A stretch of 64,000 nt of DNA from Ascoidea asiatica JCM 7603 (GCA_001600695.1 BCKQ01000001.1:1178732-1242731), one strand, 5' to 3'; positions 24,268 to 36,578 are shown, numbered from the stretch's first letter. Numbers and translations: made by a program. The notes: generated by a model not told the origin, from the letters alone.

Positions 24268-24975
24268 TCATTTTGATTTTTCTGTTTTAAGTTTTAGCAT
24301 TATTTTTTTTCTTTGTTTTAGCATATATGTATATAAAATATAAGAACCAGGAATATAAATCAAAAGTGAAAGTTTTAAGAAATAATTATATAATAAACCA
24401 ATTGAGATAGTTGCTTGATTTAAACTATTATAGATGATTAAGTATTCACTTGATATTCCTATAGGATACAAAATTAAAAATAAATTATAACGTAAAAAAA
24501 TTAAAAAAGTTGGAATATTTTCACCTTTATTTTTGATATTAATTGCATAATATGAATATCTTGTAATTTCAGTTATTGACCATGCAAAAGATAAAGTGAT
24601 ATAAAACCATTTGAAATTTGATAATGAATTTGGTAATAATGAAAAAATTCCCCAGACTATTAATAATCTTGAAGATACTTGAGCAACTGTTGTAAATACT
24701 GGAGCTCTTACATTACCTATAATGGAATTATAAATTTCTACAATTGCTAAAGATTGAACAATAATCAAATAAACACTTGTATTTTTGAATAAATTTGGTT
24801 GCTTTGAGATTAAACTTCCTGGTAAAACATTGAATAAAAAAACACCAAACCATAAAACAGATGAAATAACATTGTAATAATAAATCCAAACTGGCTGAGA
24901 TTTATTTTTGATTGGAGATGCTTTTACTGGAGAATTTGATTCTGAAATTTTGATTGTGTTTTTTAGAGTAGCCAT
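24268..24975 (-). CDS. PHS1: Very-long-chain 3-hydroxyacyl-CoA dehydratase
   Basis: PTPLA motifs VQSLAIVEI, TTVAQVSSRLLIVWGI, AWSITEITRYSYY, LRYNLFLILYPIGISSE, YMLKQRKK. Confidence 0.96.
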   Translation of the reverse strand: MATLKNTIKISESNSPVKASPIKNKSQPVWIYYYNVISSVLWFGVFLFNVLPGSLISKQPNLFKNTSVYLIIVQSLAIVEIYNSIIGNVRAPVFTTVAQVSSRLLIVWGIFSLLPNSLSNFKWFYITLSFAWSITEITRYSYYAINIKNKGENIPTFLIFLRYNLFLILYPIGISSEYLIIYNSLNQATISIGLLYNYFLKLSLLIYIPGSYILYTYMLKQRKKIMLKLKTEKSK

Positions 24976-25238
24976 TTTATATAAACTCTTGTTTTAAATG
25001 AGATTTGATTGATTCCAACTCAATTTTTAACATTCAGTTAAAGATATGTAAAGTAATAATCAAAAGAAACTAAAACTAAATTCATCTAAAAACAAACTTT
25101 AATGAATACAATAATCTTTACTTTACAATAATAGAAATAAGTCGTATCTAACTTTGGTATTTTATTCAAGACTTTTGGTTGGAAACTCGAAAATCCAACA
25201 ATAAGTTGAATTTTAATTAATTAAAAAATTAATAAAAA

Positions 25239-25310
25239 AGGTCGTACCCGGATTCGAACCGGGGTTATCCGGATCAAAACCGAATGTGATCACCACTACA
25301 CCATACAACC
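25239..25310 (-). tRNA. tRNA-Gln(TTG)
   Basis: Reverse complement GGTTGTATGGTGTAGTGGTGATCACATTCGGTTTTGATCCGGATAACCCCGGTTCGAATCCGGGTACGACCT, 72 nt, closely resembles yeast tRNA-Gln; followed by a T-run terminator. Confidence 0.96.
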
Positions 25311-25641
25311 TTTTCTTGTGTTTTTTACCTGCTGTTCCCTTATGGTGTCATGAGCCTAATATTGATTTTGTCAAGCCTAATCACAATAAGAGAAAAAAAA
25401 AGTAATAAACAAGTAACTATAAATCATCTATTTTTTTCCTAATCCACTTAAAGGCTACAAAGTCTGTGTCACCAAAAATCAAATAGTGTAAACTTATAAT
25501 GAAAATTACCTTAAAAAATAAAAGTAAAAAGGTTTTAGAAATTCTAGTTTCAACTGGTACTATTTAAATTCTCAGTTTATCTGAATGAAATAAATCAAGA
25601 TAAAGACAATAGTTCATTTTTCTAAGCAAACTTTTGATAGT

Positions 25642-26610
25642 CTGGGGTTTATGGAGAAATGGAAGGAATTATTCAGAAAAATCAAAATACTGAGAAACAT
25701 TCAAAAAGCCAGAAAACTGAAGCATATCTAAGGTTGTAAGCTTTCTCTTCTGTCAGAAATAAATATTTTGTAATGTTCATACGCTGGGAAAAGTGTGCAA
25801 TTCCCAATTAAAGACGGTTCCTTCTTTGGTTAAGGTTTTTCGCACACATTTTTTTGTATAATTTTTCCAGTTTTTTTTTCCGGGCGTGTTATTTTTCCGC
25901 TGACATTGCCCCCGCCGGCAGCCAGCAAGGGAATGAAGCTGGAACAATTTCCCGGAGGCAAGGAAGTGGGGAAGTAGAGCCAATAAGAGCTGAGATTCAG
26001 GTATCAAAGCTTGAAACCTCTATAATTATTCCATTCGGAAAAACTCTGATACCATTCTGAGGCTTAGCCTAGCTGCTTTTCTTACTTTTTTTCCAAGGTG
26101 ACTCGCCACATTCTCAAATATTAATAGCACAAACCAGCAATTTCAAGCAAATTTCAGCCAAATCTCCCAAAGCAAAGGATTTATCAACAGGAGGTTACAT
26201 ATTTCAAAGTTATTCACATTCTCCAATATGTAGCTCTCTGGGGTTCAAAGTTTTATTTAATCCGTCTTTCACTTTCATTGGTTGTAATTTTCCAGCGATC
26301 TGCCATTTGTTATTTTTCCTGATAAAAGATGGTGAGAGATTACCAATTTGGTATCAATGAATTTAAAATTCTCTTTTCCAATCAATTGTGGGGAGAAAAT
26401 TACTTCTTTTTTCAGTTCTTTAAGCAGTTTATACTTAAAAATCTTGAGTTTTGATTTGCAGATATTTCTCCATAATTTTATGTGAGAATTTCACTGATTT
26501 TAAAAGAAACGTAAGCTTTTTCAAAAAAAGAAAGAAGATTTATTTGCAAGATATGTTTTTGCCTTAAAAATGCAATATCATCAATAGTACTTTTTTAGAT
26601 GGTATAAATA
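25642..26610 (+). promoter_or_regulatory. Glucose-regulated promoter of the sugar porter (Mig1 and Rgt1 boxes, TATA)
   Basis: SYGGGG/CCCCRS at 25642, 25910, 25966, 26238, 26388; CGGANNA/TNNTCCG at about 25876, 25893, 26036, 26258; TATAAATA 26603-26610. Confidence 0.55.
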
Positions 26611-26819
26611 GAGGACCAAATCTCTTGACCTTTTTTGAAATTATTACCTTTCTAATATATAATTAATTGTTAAATCATTCAAAAAACTATTATTCAGTTC
26701 TAAGTTGAATACTTCATCACTTTAAAATTTTAAAATTTCTTTTTATATAACATATTATTTTTATTTTGATAATTTACTTACTATAAAATATTACAAGACT
26801 ATTATTATAATCTTACAAA

Positions 26820-28415
26820 ATGGGTTTAAAAAATTCAAAAATTGTTACAATTTTCTATAAGCCAGAAGAAAAACCAAAAGAAGGTTCATTATGGATGTCT
26901 GCATTTGTCGGTCTTTTTGCAGCTTTTGGTGGTATATTATATGGTTATGATACTGGTAGTATCTCTGGTATAATGGCAATGAAATATGTTTTAAAAACAT
27001 TTCCTAAAGATATACCCGGTGAATTCTCTTCAAAGGAACATTCTTTAATTGTTTCTATTTTATCTGCAGGAACCTTTTTTGGTTCATTATTTGCTCCTTA
27101 TATTTCTGATACTTTAGGTCGTCGTTGGACATTAATTCTTAGTTCTTTAATCGTTTTCAATCTTGGTATTGCTTTACAAGTTGCTTCTTCTGGTATACCT
27201 TTATTAGTTGCTGGTAGAGTTATTGCAGGTTTAGGTTTAGGTTTAATATCATCTGTAATTCCACTTTATCAATCTGAAACTGTTCCAAAAGCTGTTCGTG
27301 GTGCCATTGTTTCTTGTTATCAATGGGCCATTACTATTGGTCTTTTTTTAGCTGCTTGTGTTGAAAAAGGTACTCAATCAAGAAACGATTCTGGTTCTTA
27401 TAGAATCCCTTTAGGTATTCAATTTCTTTGGTCTTTAATTTTAGGTTGTGGTATGATTTTCTTACCAGAAACTCCTAGATTTTGGATTCATAAAGGTAAA
27501 GAAGAAAAAGCTAAGTATTCTTTATCGAAATTAAGAAAACTTCCACTTGGACATGATGAAATTGAAGAAGAATATCAAGATATTAAATCAATTTATGATT
27601 TTGAATTATCTCAAGGTTCTTCAAGTTGGTTAGATTGTTTCAGAGTTTCTAATTCTCAATTAAAAAGACTTATAACTGGTACTGGTTTACAAATGTTTCA
27701 ACAATTAACTGGTATTAATTTTATTTTCTATTATGGAACTACTTTTTTTGGTAATGCTGGTATTAGTAATGCCTTTACAGTTTCTGTTATAACTGATATC
27801 GTTAATGTTGTAATGACAATTCCAGGTATTTATTTAGTTGAAGTTTTAGGAAGAAGATCAATGTTAATTTGGGGTGCTGTTGGTATGTGTATTTCTGATT
27901 TTATCATTGCAATTGTTGGTGAAACAGCTAGTTCAGACCCAGCTAATAAATGTTTAATAGCTTTTGCTTGTCTTTTCATTGCATTTTTTGCAGCAACTTG
28001 GGGTCCAATTTGTTGGGTTATTGTTGGTGAAATCTTCCCATTAAGAGTAAGAGCTAAATCTGTTGCAATGTCAGCAGCATCAAATTGGTTATGGAATTTT
28101 GCAATTGCTTATGCTACTCCATATATGATTGATTCTGGTAAAGGAAATGCTGATTTAGGTACTAGAGTTTATTTCATTTGGGGTGGTTGTAATTTATTGG
28201 CAGTTGCATTTGCATACTATTTCGTCTATGAAACTAAAAATTTGACTTTAGAAGATGTTGATTTATTATATGATCAATATAAAAATGCATGGCAATCCAC
28301 CAAATATGTACCAGAAGTTCATCACTACTCAAAAGATCAATCCAATAAAGAATTTGCAAGTAGCGATATTGATGTTGCCAAGGTTGAAAACTCTTATGAA
28401 GAACAAGCTGTTTGA
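26820..28415 (+). CDS. MFS sugar porter, GXS1/HGT12-like glucose/xylose transporter (Snf3/Rgt2 clade without sensor tail)
   Basis: VGLFAAFGGILYGYDTGSISGIMAM, DTLGRR, PLYQSE, PETPRF, QQLTGINFIFYYG, GEIFPLRVRAK, YETKNLTLE; short C-terminus. Confidence 0.93.
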   Translation: MGLKNSKIVTIFYKPEEKPKEGSLWMSAFVGLFAAFGGILYGYDTGSISGIMAMKYVLKTFPKDIPGEFSSKEHSLIVSILSAGTFFGSLFAPYISDTLGRRWTLILSSLIVFNLGIALQVASSGIPLLVAGRVIAGLGLGLISSVIPLYQSETVPKAVRGAIVSCYQWAITIGLFLAACVEKGTQSRNDSGSYRIPLGIQFLWSLILGCGMIFLPETPRFWIHKGKEEKAKYSLSKLRKLPLGHDEIEEEYQDIKSIYDFELSQGSSSWLDCFRVSNSQLKRLITGTGLQMFQQLTGINFIFYYGTTFFGNAGISNAFTVSVITDIVNVVMTIPGIYLVEVLGRRSMLIWGAVGMCISDFIIAIVGETASSDPANKCLIAFACLFIAFFAATWGPICWVIVGEIFPLRVRAKSVAMSAASNWLWNFAIAYATPYMIDSGKGNADLGTRVYFIWGGCNLLAVAFAYYFVYETKNLTLEDVDLLYDQYKNAWQSTKYVPEVHHYSKDQSNKEFASSDIDVAKVENSYEEQAV

Positions 28416-29458
28416 GTTTTGAAATCTATTTTCATCTTTTTTTATTTTTTCAATTCTTCTTAAATATATAACTATTTATTTTTTAATGTTTTCATTTCCT
28501 TTGCTTTGTTTTTTCTTTTAGTTTTTCTATAACAATGAATTATAATGACACATAATATTCAAACCATCTAATCGATATACTCCTTGTATAAAATTCATCC
28601 TTTACAGAGTAGCAAAGTTTATAAAGATAGGCTCAACTAATAAGACTTTTTTTAAGCATTTTATACTTTGAAACGGTTTTAATTTAAAAATGGAAAAACT
28701 TTCTTAAAAAAAAAAATGAATCTGCACTAATTGATATCATTTAGTTAACTTATTGAAAAATTAATGAATTTTTTTATTTTTTGTAAAATATGACAAAAGA
28801 GAATTTCTAAAAGAATAGAAACGAACAAAAAACTTTTATTTCAAAGATCTATTACAGACCAGTCCTTTCCTAGAACTATTTTGAATTTCAATAATATTTA
28901 TTAATTCATAAGAAAGTTTGAATATTTTTTTCATTTGCAAAGAAAAGTTTTATAGCGAAAATATTAAGAAACTACAACAAACATTGTTTAATATATTAAA
29001 AATACATTTATTAAAATCTACAATTAAATATAGTAAAAAGACATTTGAAACTTAGAAAATCTAATTTTATTGCCATGGTATAAGAAGAATAAATAAATAA
29101 CAAAAGTTAAATTAAAAACCGTTAATAAATAACCCTTGATTTTGTATATGGTATAGTAAAAGAAAAGTACCGGAAAAGAAAAAAAGTTATAACAAGCAGA
29201 ACAAGTTAAATGCGAATGAAAGCCTTAAGTTTAGAAATTAATAGAACCAGAAAAAATTAATTAAATAGAAATATTAAAATATAAAAAGGTAAGAAGTTTT
29301 TAATTTAAATTCAAAAATATTAAAATTGAATCTATATTTAAAAGAAGAACATAGTGGAGAAGCTTTTTGAAAATTGAATCATAGGTATGAAACAAATGTG
29401 TTTGTAATTAAATTTAAGTTAAAACAGAAATTAAAAGATTAAATTTTGATTAATTAAA

Positions 29459-30790
29459 TTACATTATAAACAAAGCTAATAAGGTAATAAAAGAAGTTAA
29501 ACCCATGGATAATTTTGAAGCACCATTGGCAGTTTCAACTTCAGGAACAGAAGAGGTTGGAGTTGAAGTTGCAACTTCTGGAGCTTTACTAGAACCAGTA
29601 GTAACAGTAGAAATTGTTGTTGGGGTTGAAACAATTGTAGTGGCAGAGGTGATTGGTACAGTAGTTGCAACAGTGGTTTCAGAAGAGATAACAGTGCTGT
29701 AAGAAGTACAGACATCTCCGGTACATGAAGTAACTTGAGTTGTAACTGGGGTAGTAATAACAGTACTACCAGTAGATGTAGAAATGGTTGAAACAGAAAC
29801 AGAAGTAACTGTAGATGGAGTTGTAGCAATAGCAGAAGAGGCAGTTGAAGATAATGGACAATAAGTTGTGTATAAAGTTTCAACACCATTAGAAGTGGTT
29901 TTAACAGTAGTTACACCAGTTGTAACAGTGACTGGAGTACAAGAACCGGCAGAACAAGAAGTAATTTCAACAGTAGTTGTAGATGGAACAGCAGTTGTAA
30001 TTGCAGTATAAGTGGTTCCATTAACTGGAGTAACTGAGGCAGAAGTAGTGGCGGTTAATGGACAATAAGTAGTATACATAGTTTCAACACCACTTGAAGT
30101 ATAAGTAACAACAGTGACACCGGTTGTTACTTTAACAGGAGTACAAGCACCAGCAGAACATGAAGTAATTTCAATAGTTGTTGTTGATGGAACAGCAGTT
30201 GTAATTGCAGTATAAGTGGTTCCATTAACTGGAGTAACTGAGGCAGAAGTAGTGGCGGTTAATGGACAATAAGTAGTATACGTAGTTTCAACACCACTAA
30301 TAGTTGAAGTAACAGTTGTGACACCAGTAGTAACAGGAACTTCAGTACATTTATTTTCATTACAAGAAGTAACAGTAATAGTTGTTGGAACAACATCAGT
30401 AGCAGAAGTAGTAGTTATAGTTGAATTTGAAGTTGATGGAATTGAAGAAATTAATTCAAGGGAAGAAGAAGCAGTAGTTGGAGCTTCAGTTGGGATTGAT
30501 AAAGTAGTTCTTGGTTTAATATAACAAGTGTTAGCAGAACAACTAGTTGTTGCTAATGGACAATAAGTTGTATAAATTGTTTCAACGCCAGTAATAGTTG
30601 CAGTTACAGTTGTTACACCAGTAGTAACTGGAACTTCAGTACAAGCAGTATGACCAGAACATGAAGTAATTGTTATAATTTCAGTTCCAATATCACATTC
30701 AGTAACAGTAACAGTATTAGTTGAATTGATATAAGTTGCAGAAGCGGCGGAAACGGCTAAAGCAGAAGCTAAAATAGATGAAAATTTCAT
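29459..30790 (-). CDS. GPI-anchored Ser/Thr-rich cell-wall protein with flocculin type-3 (TxTSC...YTTYCPL) repeats
   Basis: Signal peptide MKFSSILASALAVSAASA; four ITSC..C...YTTYCPL units; C-terminal NGASKL plus hydrophobic tail (GPI signal). Confidence 0.92.
   Translation of the reverse strand: MKFSSILASALAVSAASATYINSTNTVTVTECDIGTEIITITSCSGHTACTEVPVTTGVTTVTATITGVETIYTTYCPLATTSCSANTCYIKPRTTLSIPTEAPTTASSSLELISSIPSTSNSTITTTSATDVVPTTITVTSCNENKCTEVPVTTGVTTVTSTISGVETTYTTYCPLTATTSASVTPVNGTTYTAITTAVPSTTTIEITSCSAGACTPVKVTTGVTVVTYTSSGVETMYTTYCPLTATTSASVTPVNGTTYTAITTAVPSTTTVEITSCSAGSCTPVTVTTGVTTVKTTSNGVETLYTTYCPLSSTASSAIATTPSTVTSVSVSTISTSTGSTVITTPVTTQVTSCTGDVCTSYSTVISSETTVATTVPITSATTIVSTPTTISTVTTGSSKAPEVATSTPTSSVPEVETANGASKLSMGLTSFITLLALFIM
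29982..30281. repeat. Intragenic 204-bp-period duplication with a 96-bp identical core
   Basis: 29982-30077 is identical to 30186-30281. Confidence 0.9.
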
Positions 30791-31902
30791 TGTTTAAATT
30801 ATGAATTGAATTGAAAATTGAGTTTGAATGAACTATTTCTAAGAATATATATGTTTGAATATCTTAATATTTTAATATTTGAAAATTGAATAATTGATTG
30901 AATTGAATTGATTAAAACTTAAATTAATTTAAATATTAAAGCGAATGAATAATAAATTGAAATAAGTAGAAATAATTTTGATAATAGTGATTATGATAAA
31001 ATAATATAAATTATAAGTTTACAAAATAATTAAAAAATATAATAAATTATGAGATTCTTGATTGATTGATAGATAGTTAAAATAGAAAAGAAGAATGTTG
31101 AATCTGAAAAATAGGAAGAAAAGGGAATGTATTTATATTAATCTGAAAATCTTGAATATTAAACAATTATTCATGAATTGATAATTGAATTGCTATTCTG
31201 AGATGAAAGATATACCATTCTCAATCAGAAAATTGTATGAATTTCAATTAAGATCACTGGGCTTTGTTTAAGATTACTATGATTATTATCATGTTTTTTA
31301 AGAAGCAAACTGACACTATTACACTAGTAGCATTTCTTGCTCTTGCTCTTGCTTTCCTCAATTTTCCTTGATTTTCTTTTTCCTTCTTTTTTTTTCTTTT
31401 CTTTTTTAATATATTTTTTCAATTTTTCTAATAATATTTTAATATTCTCTCATATTTTTCTTTGCTTTTTTTGGTTAGTTCTAAGAATAAACTCCAGAGA
31501 AATCTGAGGATGCGAATACAAGAGCATACACCATAAAACAAACCCCTTTGTCATTGGAACACAAGCAACAATAAAAATAAGGCAATGATTGTTTTGAGAT
31601 TGCTGTCGTAGCAGCAGAGTGAGCACATCCTTTCGTCTTTCACACCCAGATTGCTCTCTCTCTGCTATTAATAGTAGTAGTGAAGCAAAGGAAAAAGAAA
31701 ATGAAAAGCAAGGGAATTTGCAACAAGGTAGCAGTTCACCATCCCCCACTCCTGGGAAATACCCTTTGAAAATAGCATTTTCTTTGATTCGAAGGCCCTT
31801 CTCGTAATGGAATAAAGTTATTTTTGATTCTGGATAAAAACTAAAATTAAACAATTCAATTGATTTCAACCTTTTTTTTGGTCTATTTATGAACTTTTGC
31901 TG

Positions 31903-31947
31903 GAACTTCGTGAGCTTCGTGAACTTCGTGAACTTCGTGAACTTCGT
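31903..31947. repeat. (GAACTTCGT)x5 tandem repeat
   Basis: Five 9-bp units, one variant GAGCTTCGT. Confidence 0.9.
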
Positions 31948-33799
31948 TGCTTTCCACTAATTTATTTTTAACATCGGGAAATTAAGGTTAGGGTTGAAGG
32001 TTTTCTGGTAAGCGGAGTCTGACTAATTGGCCCTTGCACGCTTACGTAATTCTATATTTAACTTGCTTCATATGTTCAACAACGCTGCTTAAAACGCAAT
32101 TAAAACGCAATTAAAAACGCAGCTGATACTTTTCTTGCTTCACTTACTGCCGGCTAACCGTTGATTACCCCTGACTCTCAGTTACCAAGGCAACAGGCTT
32201 TGTTGCTCTGTCACTGTTGCCACCACACTGAGCCATGGCTCACAGGTTGTTCCAATGATCGTTGCAGCGACGATTTTCCCAGAAATGCGTTGCTTCAGCA
32301 GCTTGGAAACACTGCAGAAACCGGATGAGTTAACTCTACTTCCACAGCAGCAGCATGCTTCCATAGTCAAAAATTCTTGAGATTACCAATTATTTAAATT
32401 GGTATTAAAAATGGTATTAAAATTGGTATTCCAATTGACGTTGACGATTTTCGGTAACGAATTCAACAGTTTTATTTATTTTCCTTTTATTCGCATTACC
32501 TGTTGAAAGAAGATGTAATTTTTTTAAGCTGGAATATTTTTTTTTTTTGACTTTTTGGAAACAGATATGGCTGATAGAATAGAGTATTAAAAATTCAATA
32601 AAAAAATCAATGAAATTAATAAAATCAATGAAAAGTCAATTTAATTTCCAATATGATAGATATTCAATGTGAAATGGAATAACATTAAGCCTAAATTGAG
32701 TCTCATCAAAGAACTATGGGCTTAGAAACATAAGAAAATAATAAAGACTATTTCAAATCCCAAGTCATTTTTTCCAAACTTCAAGTTTTATTAATCTCTT
32801 TTGGTTAAATTAATTCCATAAAAATATATATATTTATCTTTTTATAATCTTTTTATCTTGAATACCACAAAAAGAAACTACATAAGGTCATTTTCAAAAA
32901 AAAAAAAAAAACGAAAAGGAGGCCATTAAATATATGTGAAACAGAAATCATTCAATTTTTTGAATCATAAAATTATTGAATCGTCAAACAATTGAATCCT
33001 TGAATGAATCAATCAGTTATTAAAATCAATTTGATTACAATTATTACTAAATTGTTTTCTAGTAGTTGAAACACATGTTGTATCAATATGGCCTAATATA
33101 AACAGTAAGGAGTCCAAATTTATTTTTAAAACATCAGTATTTTTCAAAAAAGAACTTCAGTGGCTAATTAATAGATAATAAGCATCATTTTTCACTTCAA
33201 ATCTGTTCCCATTGAAATTTATTATTCTATTTTATTTTCTACGTACCTTTTACTCGACCACTATTGTAGCATTACTATTTTCTGGTTGAATTTCACTGAT
33301 GATATTTTTTTTTATTTCTACTTTTACAGCTGTTGCCGCAAAAGCATCAAAGTGAAAAAAAAATTGAAGTCCGCACTGCGGTTGCATTTCCACCGACATC
33401 TTTACGCGGAAAGATAATATCCGGCAGGCTAAAAGCAGTGCCTTTTGTTGCACCTCGTTACTTTTTATCACCTTTGTCTTTTTACAACCGGGCTTAGTGG
33501 TAATTGGAAACATAAATCCTCAATTGCAGTTCTAAAAATAATAAGATTTTCTCACTACTTTTTCAATTAATTAATTAACTAATTAATTAATCATCAATTT
33601 ATTTTTGCATTTAATTGAATTTAATTTAATTTAATTTTAATTAATTCTAAATTGAATCTTAAAATATAATTTTAATTTCAATTTCAGTTACAATTTCAAT
33701 TTTTGCAGGGATTAACTAATTAAAAATACACTTCGATATATAATTTCATCTAAAAACAGATTTTTGGTTAAATTTGAATATATTATTTAAATATTTTAT

Positions 33800-36070
33800 T
33801 TATAATTTTGATTTTGAAATTAATTCACCTTCCATATATTTTTTATTGATTTCATCTTTAAAAGTATCAATTACTTTATTTCTAACAATTTTCAAAGTAG
33901 CTGTTAAACATCTATTTTCCACTGTGAATGGTTCAATATCAATAATTATATTTTTAATTTTTTCAAAACCTTTTAATAAATTAGTTTTTTCAACATTATA
34001 ATTCAAATTTTTCAAAATTTCAATTTTCATATAATTATTATTTGAAATTTCTTTAATAATTTCTTCTTCAGTTTTATTTTTAAAATTATTTAAATTGATT
34101 TTTTCATTATTTAAAAAAATTTTATTTAAATAATTTTTTAAATTTTCTTTTTCAAAACCAATTATACCAATTAAAAAATTTTCATTTGAATTACCATAAA
34201 TACAAATTTGATTTATAATTGAATTATTACTTGAATAAATATTTTCAATTTTTTCACTTGAAATATATTCACCTTGACTTAATTTAAATATACTTTTAAC
34301 TCTATCAATAATTAATAAATTATTTGTATTTTCTTCAAATTTTCCAACATCACCAGTTTTAAACCAAAATAATTCTTTATCATCAAAAGAATTTTGAGTA
34401 ATAATTAAATCTTTATAATATTTTTTAAAAAGCATTGGACCTTTTAATAAAATTTCTCCAGATCTATTTTTATTCCATTTATAACCCATATTTGGTATAT
34501 CTTTTAATTTAATTTCAATACTTGAACCAACAATACCATTTGTACCAAAAGTTTTTGCATCATTTATAAAACCAGATGTACAACCAGAATGAGATTCAGT
34601 TAAACCATAACCTTGTAAAATACCAATATTAAATAAACCTGAAAAAAATTCTAAAGTTTGTTTATTAATTGGAGCACCACCACAAACAATAATTTTTAAA
34701 TTTTTAAAACCAAGTTTATTTTTAATTTTATTAAAAAAAATTAAATCATATTTTAAACTACCATTATTCCAAGCATTATAATTATTTTTTTTTGGATTTT
34801 TTAAATTTTCAATTTTATAATCAATTGAATTTTTAATTAATTTTATACAATTATTTGGATAACCAATTTTAATTTTTAAAGAATTTTCAATTTTTGTTAA
34901 TAATCTTGGTACACAAAGTAATAAATTTGGTTGAATATTTTGTAAATCATTAAAAAATTTATTTACATTACCAGGTTCAGTTGGAAAATGAACAATTGAT
35001 TCTAATATTAATTCCATACTAAACATATTTCTTGTTAAAATATGTGGTAAAGGTAAGAAACATAAAGTTTTAAATTGAGTATTTAAAGAATTTAAATTAT
35101 CTTTTCTTTGAATTGTTGATAAATTTGAAGTTAAAGCAGAAATTGCATTAAAATGAGATAATTCAACACCTTTTGGATTTGAAGTTGTACCAGAAGTAAA
35201 AGAAATTGTATAAATATCATTTCTTTTTGGAGGTTTAAATTTAAATTTAGATTTATTTTCATTACCAATTTTTAATAAAGTTTTAAAATCAATTAAATAA
35301 ATATTTAAATTTAAAGAAATTTTAAATAAATTATAATCATTTTGAATATTTAAATCTTCAATTGAAATAAAAATTTTAAGATTATTTAAATTATATTTTT
35401 TTTTAATATTTAAAAAATTTAAAATATTTTTTTTATTTAAGAAAATTATTGAAGAATTTGTTTTTTGTAAAATAAAAGAAGATTGATCATTATTTAAAGT
35501 TGAATATAAAGAAGTTGAGATTAAAGAATATGCTTGACAAGATAAATCAATTAATAACCATTCTTTACAATTTGGTAAATTAATTGTTATAATATTAGAG
35601 GAAGTATTTTGATTTTGATTTTGATTTTTTAATAAATAAGATAAACCAGAACCAATTAATTTTCTTAAATTATCAACTTGTTCATAAGATAAATAAGTAT
35701 AAAAATTATCAAAATTATTTAAAATTTTATTATTAAATTTTTTAAAAGCAAATAATTTTTTATTTTTACCAAAATTTTTATTTAAATTAAAATTAAAAAG
35801 ATCAAATAAAGTTTGAATATTTGGATGAAAATTAGTACATAATTGATTATTTTTAGTAAAATCAGTTAATTTATTTTTAAAAATTGGAGAATAGTTATCA
35901 TTATTATCATTATTATCATTATTATATTGAGTTAATTCAGATATAAAAGATTGATGTTTAATAGTTGGTAAATAAGGCATTTTATCTATGACATCTTGAA
36001 CAGACATACCATCTTTATAAATTGGTAAATATACAGTTGGAAAATGATTTAAATTTGAATCTTCAGACAT
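33800..36070 (-). CDS. FAA2: Peroxisomal medium/long-chain acyl-CoA synthetase
   Basis: TISFTSGTTSNPKGV, FLPLPHI, QGYGLTES, GEILLKG, WFKTGDVG, IIDRVKSIFKLSQGEYI; C-terminal PTS1 -SKL. Confidence 0.88.
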   Translation of the reverse strand: MSEDSNLNHFPTVYLPIYKDGMSVQDVIDKMPYLPTIKHQSFISELTQYNNDNNDNNDNYSPIFKNKLTDFTKNNQLCTNFHPNIQTLFDLFNFNLNKNFGKNKKLFAFKKFNNKILNNFDNFYTYLSYEQVDNLRKLIGSGLSYLLKNQNQNQNTSSNIITINLPNCKEWLLIDLSCQAYSLISTSLYSTLNNDQSSFILQKTNSSIIFLNKKNILNFLNIKKKYNLNNLKIFISIEDLNIQNDYNLFKISLNLNIYLIDFKTLLKIGNENKSKFKFKPPKRNDIYTISFTSGTTSNPKGVELSHFNAISALTSNLSTIQRKDNLNSLNTQFKTLCFLPLPHILTRNMFSMELILESIVHFPTEPGNVNKFFNDLQNIQPNLLLCVPRLLTKIENSLKIKIGYPNNCIKLIKNSIDYKIENLKNPKKNNYNAWNNGSLKYDLIFFNKIKNKLGFKNLKIIVCGGAPINKQTLEFFSGLFNIGILQGYGLTESHSGCTSGFINDAKTFGTNGIVGSSIEIKLKDIPNMGYKWNKNRSGEILLKGPMLFKKYYKDLIITQNSFDDKELFWFKTGDVGKFEENTNNLLIIDRVKSIFKLSQGEYISSEKIENIYSSNNSIINQICIYGNSNENFLIGIIGFEKENLKNYLNKIFLNNEKINLNNFKNKTEEEIIKEISNNNYMKIEILKNLNYNVEKTNLLKGFEKIKNIIIDIEPFTVENRCLTATLKIVRNKVIDTFKDEINKKYMEGELISKSKL

Positions 36071-36521
36071 TTTATTATAATTGAGAATATGAATTGAATA
36101 TGAATTGAATATGAATTGAATATGAATATGAATAAGATTTAGATTGTAGAGTTATTTGTATAGTTTTTCCATTTAGAAAAAAAAAAAGTGGTAATTTGTG
36201 TAGTATTTATAATATTTATAATATTTATAATATTTATAGGAATGGAATGTAATCAATTAATTGACTAAGACAAATATTTTTTCACAAAATTTAGTTGGCG
36301 CTAAAGCTTTATTAGTAAAATATTACTGAAATTGTATGAGATAAGAGATTTTAATAATGTTAAAAAGCAGTTAAAGGTCCTAAAACTTGGAAATGTGAGC
36401 TAAGAGTGAAACTGGAATGAATTTAAGGCTGGATCTAGTTGGCCAATGGAAACCAAACCAAAACAGGAATAAAAGAATGTTTCTAGTCAAAAGGGGTTTC
36501 TTTCGAGGCATGAATTGAATT

Positions 36522-36578
36522 GAAGAAGAAGAAGAAGAAGAAGAAGAAGAAGAAGAAGAAGAAGAAGAAGAAGAAGAA
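36522..36578. repeat. (GAA)19 microsatellite
   Basis: Uninterrupted GAA run between FAA2 and tRNA-Asp. Confidence 0.95.

Noticed and set aside
3989-30524. Many 60-130 aa antisense or nested ORFs inside large genes
   Set aside because: Shadow frames of real CDSs, mostly with TTG/GTG starts and no motifs.
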